A stretch of DNA of 64,000 bases from Octopus bimaculoides (lineage: Eukaryota): contig NC_069005.1 in assembly GCF_001194135.2 (NCBI RefSeq), positions 454,717-518,716 of the forward strand, read 5' to 3'. The position numbers and the translations under genes are program-made. The notes beneath the pieces were generated by a model. It searched no databases. It was not told the DNA's origin and worked only from the letters and a program-made list of their open reading frames with translations. This document shows, piece by piece, positions 60,160 through 64,000 of this stretch. The first letter of the stretch is position 1, and the number at the start of each line of letters is the position of its first letter.

Positions 60160-63100
60160 NNNNNNNNNNNNNNNNNNNNNNNNNNNNNNNNNNNNNNNNN
60201 NNNNNNNNNNNNNNNNNNNNNNNNNNNNNNNNNNNNNNNNNNNNNNNNNNNNNNNNNNNNNNNNNNNNNNNNNNNNNNNNNNNNNNNNNNNNNNNNNNNN
60301 NNNNNNNNNNNNNNNNNNNNNNNNNNNNNNNNNNNNNNNNNNNNNNNNNNNNNNNNNNNNNNNNNNNNNNNNNNNNNNNNNNNNNNNNNNNNNNNNNNNN
60401 NNNNNNNNNNNNNNNNNNNNNNNNNNNNNNNNNNNNNNNNNNNNNNNNNNNNNNNNNNNNNNNNNNNNNNNNNNNNNNNNNNNNNNNNNNNNNNNNNNNN
60501 NNNNNNNNNNNNNNNNNNNNNNNNNNNNNNNNNNNNNNNNNNNNNNNNNNNNNNNNNNNNNNNNNNNNNNNNNNNNNNNNNNNNNNNNNNNNNNNNNNNN
60601 NNNNNNNNNNNNNNNNNNNNNNNNNNNNNNNNNNNNNNNNNNNNNNNNNNNNNNNNNNNNNNNNNNNNNNNNNNNNNNNNNNNNNNNNNNNNNNNNNNNN
60701 NNNNNNNNNNNNNNNNNNNNNNNNNNNNNNNNNNNNNNNNNNNNNNNNNNNNNNNNNNNNNNNNNNNNNNNNNNNNNNNNNNNNNNNNNNNNNNNNNNNN
60801 NNNNNNNNNNNNNNNNNNNNNNNNNNNNNNNNNNNNNNNNNNNNNNNNNNNNNNNNNNNNNNNNNNNNNNNNNNNNNNNNNNNNNNNNNNNNNNNNNNNN
60901 NNNNNNNNNNNNNNNNNNNNNNCCCCACTAAAAACAAAATCTGTGGCTTTGTGCCTAAGTTAGAAATTATTATTTTGCTGTGTTAGTACAATCGTAAGCA
61001 TGCCAGAGAAAATGCTTTGTGGTCTTTCTTCCAGCTCTTAACATTCTGAGTTCAAATTCCACTAAGGTTGACTTTGGCTTTTATTCTTTTGCACCCCCAC
61101 CCCCACTCAGTCCCACCAAAATTCCAGACCTGGTGCCTATCATAAAAAGAATTATTATTATTCTAAGAACAGCGGCAGAATTGATAGAGTGCAAAGCAAT
61201 GCAATTTTTAATTCCATTTTCTTTTAGTTTCTGGGTTCAAATTTCCTTTGGTGTCTCCGAGGGAATAAAATAAATATTGAATGTGAGCATCTTCAATGTT
61301 TGTGGCCCTTTGCTGAAGTTAGAAATGATTCTTGTTATTAGTTTGTCTGTCTGGTGATTGCAGACTGGCAGAATAGTTGGAGCATCAAATGAAATCTTTG
61401 TGCAATTTGTTTTGGCTCTTTACATTCTGAGTTCAAATCCTGCCCAAGCCAGCCTTGTTTTTTACTCTTCCAGGGTTGATAAAATAAAGTACCCCTTAAA
61501 TCTCGGGTTGATTTAATCAACGATTCCTTCTGAATGTTTCTTTGACCTTCAGCTGGTCATTTTGGGGATACAAGTCATCTTTCTGTGGAATGTTACCAAA
61601 TGGTGGAATATTCTAAAAACAGGATGACTCACTGTATGGACATTATTGGTCAGATATCTTATCCAAACTGGCCCTTATTCAAATTCTTCAACCAATAATC
61701 TGCAAACTAAAAACCACCAAAGGAGCCTCTGAGATATATCAACATGCTAGTAATAGGAGCTAAATTCCCATGCCATTGAAGAAGTCTCTATGCAGTTGCT
61801 CAACCAACAAGTAGCAGCCAAATGTCTTTGCACCACACGTATTGCCTAATAGAATCTTATCCCTGTACATTTTAGAATCCTAAACCCTTAAACTTATGGG
61901 ATGCCTGCTCAGGGGTTCGATTCTACTGAAGGGGGTTGTTGTTGTCTGAAAATATTTGTTATATAGTCCCAGCTGCTTGAAAGAGATGGCACGGCACCTT
62001 CTATAAAACTGAAATACCTTTAATCCAGGCCTTTCTGCTTGGCCTGATGATGGGACAAACTAGAAAACTAACCATTTTCTTTTGTTTTTCTGTTTTTGTT
62101 CAAACTGAGATACTCACTTTTGTTGTTGTATTCTAAAGGACATCCAAGGAGGGCCAGATGCCCTTCCAAATGCCAACCACTTCACAGAATATGCTGGATG
62201 CTTCTTTCTGTGATACCAGAAGTAGTGATGTTGTTGAGTAACTTGCGAGTCAAAGAAAAGACTCTACTCAGTCGAGGGTTTCGATTTGTGAGTCACTTGG
62301 CAACCTCACATTCTTTAAATGGACTGGTTTTAGGAAAGGGCATCCAACCATAGAAACCATGCTTTATCTCTTCTTTCTGTATCAGAGTTGGACCCTGTTG
62401 AAATCAAGTCATTGTATTGGTAGTAATCCCCTTGTGTCTATTCTCATTGGCAATTTGCTTGTACTTCTGTAGAAATACCAGCAGATTTCAAAGAACTGTT
62501 GATGTCTGGCAAACATTCCATGTTTCTCTGTCCTTGTGTCATTTATCTGTAAAGCAAATAGTTTGTCTGTGGCCACTCAACCTCATAATGGTAGAGAATT
62601 ATGAAAACCTAAGTCCAACACCCTCAGTCTTTCACACTGAGTTTAATGTCACTTCAGTCTTCTTTCAAAAGACAGTCACAGGTTGTTTTGTTTTGTTTTT
62701 TTTAGTTTAAATAACAACAAAATAGTGAAAACCCCATCTCTTCCAACAAAAAGGATAGAAAGACATAAAGAAACTCGTGTTTAAGTGTTGATATAGTGTC
62801 ATAGTAATCATACATCTTGTCCTTTTCTCTATCAAAACCACATTGTCTCATCATGTCTTCTCTGAGTTGAGGGAGATTCAACTGGTATTTACAGAACAAA
62901 AGGAAGAGATATAACTATCACAGGTATTTTTGTTTGGTGGCATAATAATTACTGGTACAGGGTTACTAACTCCTCTTCAGTGTCTTTTGAGCTTAACATT
63001 CACCAAGTTAATCAAACATTCACCAATGATATAGTGTTCCTGCTGCCTACAGCAGTGACCTCTACTCCTCTCGCTTAATATTTTACTTGGTGGGTTCAGT

Positions 63101-63275
63101 AACAAAGCAGGCAGAGTAGTGAGAGACAAACCAGAAGCTGTTGAGAATGGTAGGATGGCCTTAAAATATCGGGTGGCTCTGGCTTTGGTTTGTGGAGATC
63201 AGAAAGATGTGGAGGGGTGTCAAAGCAGACGTGTCTGTTTATTGATGTAAATGAGTGAATCAATGAGTCAGTATG

Positions 63276-63308
<33 letters not shown>

Positions 63309-64000
63309 CGTACATATATATTCTTACACACATATATACATATTTATAAACACACACATACACATGTATATGTGTGTGTGTGTGTGCATATGTATGTGTA
63401 TATACATACACTAAATATGATGTAAAATATTAATGACTTTTTGGAGATAGGGGTGGGAACTAAGTTTTCTTCTTTGCTCTGTAGACAATGGCACAGAATG
63501 TAGCAGCTGGATACAGCCTGGGCCTCCTTAAGTTGCAAGGCATTGAGGACCTTCTGCTGTTCATCCCTCCCTAGAATTTCTTACTATTTTCATCCCACCC
63601 CACTTCCTGTAAAACTGTTTTCTATCCACTTTTCTATGCTAGCATGGATGGGATGAGATGAGATGGAGGGAAGAAGGGTCTTTCGCTGGTAAAATTCAGA
63701 AACTTAAAATAATATTGTTAAAACCATTTTTTTTGTTTTTCACATTATGGAAATTCTTTATTTTACAACTGGATATCCATTTGTTGTTACTGCTAATTAT
63801 TAACGTGTCAAAGAACTGTCTCAAGAACTATGTTTAGAATCGAACACAATGACAACGTCTTCTGGCATTTAACGTTGTCTCCTGCCATGTGTGATTGACT
63901 TTTATCCTTCATCCTTCCCCCCTCCCCCACCTCCCGTAAGATTGATCAAACCAAATATTAGTAATGATTAATAAACTTATTGGTGACTGATGGATGACTT

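Overview
AT-rich, microsatellite- and transposon-dense animal genomic DNA from a gapped assembly (10 N-runs). The SINE/MITE families and gene content suggest an octopod cephalopod; this is inference from repeat style only. Three protein-coding genes could be assembled by hand with canonical GT-AG splice sites and consistent phases. (1) A 4-exon minus-strand short-form tRNase Z (393 aa, 12155-20037). Its motifs follow the Thermotoga/plant 'TM-type' (TRZ1/TRZ2-like) pattern rather than animal ELAC1/ELAC2, and it has a mitochondrial-presequence-like N-terminus. (2) A minus-strand type II membrane glycosyltransferase with an intronless CDS (366 aa, 23517-24617) matching the fungal Mnn9/Van1/Anp1 (GT62) mannan-polymerase family. 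(3) A 13-coding-exon plus-strand AKAP10/D-AKAP2 (725 aa, 33962-58523) with two RGS domains and a C-terminal PKA-binding helix. The rest is SINEs, RTE and R4/Dong-like LINE remnants, Tc1/mariner fragments, hAT and piggyBac-like MITEs, and simple repeats. The most notable signal is the two adjacent enzymes from families not typical of animals. Family assignments rest on recalled motifs; no database search was run. Repeat boundaries are approximate.
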